DNA of 58,423 nucleotides, taken from positions 1-58,423 of IMG/VR virus record IMGVR_UViG_3300027822_000013. One strand, 5' to 3'. Both the position numbers and the translations under genes were made by a program. Positions 57,229-58,423 of this stretch are shown here, in pieces. Below the pieces are notes generated by a model. It had not been told where the DNA came from, did no database searches, and saw only the letters and a program-made list of their open reading frames with translations. This DNA is from a virus (Duplodnaviria > Caudoviricetes). Every line of letters starts with the position of its first letter. The stretch's first letter is position 1.

Positions 57229-57596
57229 TGCACTACATCAACCTCCACCGATACGAACCCACTCAAAGCTCTAAACACGTTTCCTATACTGTCTGTCAAC
57301 TCCAGTTCGTATCGCCCTGATTCCTTCAACAACGATGTTTGTTCTGGTGTCGCATTCAACCAAATTCTACCTGTACCCCCTTCATTCACAATTGATCCGT
57401 CGTCTGTTGATAAAGAGAATATCAGTTGTGATTTTTTATTTCTCACCTGGAGTTTGGCTGTCCACCCAGTTATGTCTATGGGCTCAAAGCCTCCCCAGAT
57501 AATAGCAAATCTTAAAGTTTTCCCAGCAAATATCGTCAAGTGTACGTCAGTACCATCCGGTGTCACTCGTACTCCACTGGTGGTACCAACCATCAC
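57225..57596 (-). CDS. BppU-N-like fibre-anchoring protein
   Basis: PIDITGWTAKLQVR...G.YELEL...G.V motif. Confidence 0.7.
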   Translation of the reverse strand: MMVGTTSGVRVTPDGTDVHLTIFAGKTLRFAIIWGGFEPIDITGWTAKLQVRNKKSQLIFSLSTDDGSIVNEGGTGRIWLNATPEQTSLLKESGRYELELTDSIGNVFRALSGFVSVEVDVVQ

Positions 57597-57982
57597 TCAC
57601 CATCCTGAACCGTTAAAGCATCCAATTGATCTGTGAAATCACGTGCGATCTGTTCTCGTTGATCCTCATGGGTTATAGCTTCAATACTTGCAACAATAGA
57701 AACCTTCAAAGATTTAGGAACCCTCCCCACAATCCGAATTTCAGTAGTCTGGACATAACCAGCAAAATCAGCCATCAATTCTTGACGTACTTCCTCAGTA
57801 GGTTTGGGGGGGTTTACAAAATCCCCTTCCTCGTTCCTAACCATACCTGTACCCCACACAACATCATCAGGCATGGGGATTAGAGTTTCCCCTGCCTTAA
57901 CTTTGAATTCCTTTTCGTCGTCTACAATTACCATGTTAGTAATAATGTCCTCACTAACAATTGCACATACCCGTTCAACCAT
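57593..57982 (-). CDS. Tail fibre-associated protein / chaperone
   Basis: A.V...I.N..IV...G...F..P pattern that typically follows Gly-rich fibre genes. Confidence 0.6.
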   Translation of the reverse strand: MVERVCAIVSEDIITNMVIVDDEKEFKVKAGETLIPMPDDVVWGTGMVRNEEGDFVNPPKPTEEVRQELMADFAGYVQTTEIRIVGRVPKSLKVSIVASIEAITHEDQREQIARDFTDQLDALTVQDGE

Positions 57983-57986
57983 ATCC

Positions 57987-58423
57987 CTATCCTATTACTG
58001 TTATTATAACTTCCCCACGAGCACCGTTACCGTAATTACCACCCCCGCCTGAAGGGATTGAGCCATGAATAGAGCCTCCGTAACCACCACCGTTACCAGC
58101 ATGTTCACTAGAACCTCCAGCCCCATAAGTGGTACCACCACCACCACCACCCATTATAGATCTACCCCCTCCTCCATAACTATCAGTTCCACCACCACCA
58201 CCACCACCCATCAGGGAGGGACCTCCATAGGATCCACCATTTGCCGTACCTGATAGACCTCCATACCCCCCTCCCCCTGCTCCACCACCACTCATAGAGC
58301 TGGTGCCCCCGTAAGAAGTTTTGCTGTTAAAAGTACTATTGCCTCCAGGGGTAGGGGTCCCCCCACCCGATCCTCCTGCCCCCACCACCACCGCCTCACT
58401 TGAGGCCAAGCTACTTAAAAGAA
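57987..58423 (-). CDS. Glycine-rich tail fibre, C-terminal part
   Basis: VVVGAGG.GG...GGNSTF...GARGEVIIT; frame stays open to the window end. Confidence 0.75.
   Translation of the reverse strand, partial: LLSSLASSEAVVVGAGGSGGGTPTPGGNSTFNSKTSYGGTSSMSGGGAGGGGYGGLSGTANGGSYGGPSLMGGGGGGGTDSYGGGGRSIMGGGGGGTTYGAGGSSEHAGNGGGYGGSIHGSIPSGGGGNYGNGARGEVIITVIG

Noticed and set aside
57987-58400. CCA/GGT triplet runs as a microsatellite or G-quadruplex
   Set aside because: Explained by poly-glycine codons of the fibre gene; the same holds at 10-55.

Overview
The window is an essentially complete, circularly permuted genome (about 58.4 kb) of a long-tailed dsDNA phage with a YuA/M6-like gene set; the host is most likely an alphaproteobacterium. 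Minus strand, 1-19.2 kb, wrapping through 58.4-52.3 kb: TerL, portal, head, tail, tail-fibre and lysis genes. 19.2-26.7 kb: a mostly plus-strand early/accessory region that separates TerS from TerL. Minus strand, 27-51.9 kb: replication and nucleotide metabolism (RepB-type primase-helicase, Leu762 PolA, class II RNR, RecD- and SNF2-type helicases) plus a complete M6-type thymidine hypermodification cluster. Non-coding structure not explained by the genes: (1) seven promoters with identical TTAA-N7-TTAA-N11-TAnnnT architecture, matching the alphaproteobacterial CtrA box, plus a dense array of further boxes; (2) a family of covarying two-hairpin elements between early genes; (3) two near-antipodal iteron-like loci sharing an 18-bp block and TTGCTTAAGTAA repeats; (4) a second, sigma70-type promoter class with a shared leader, one copy covered by a palindrome. 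Two membrane proteins with C-terminal DNA-binding-like domains are also unusual. No integrase, tRNA or CRISPR array was recognised. All assignments come from motif recognition by eye; no database searches were run.
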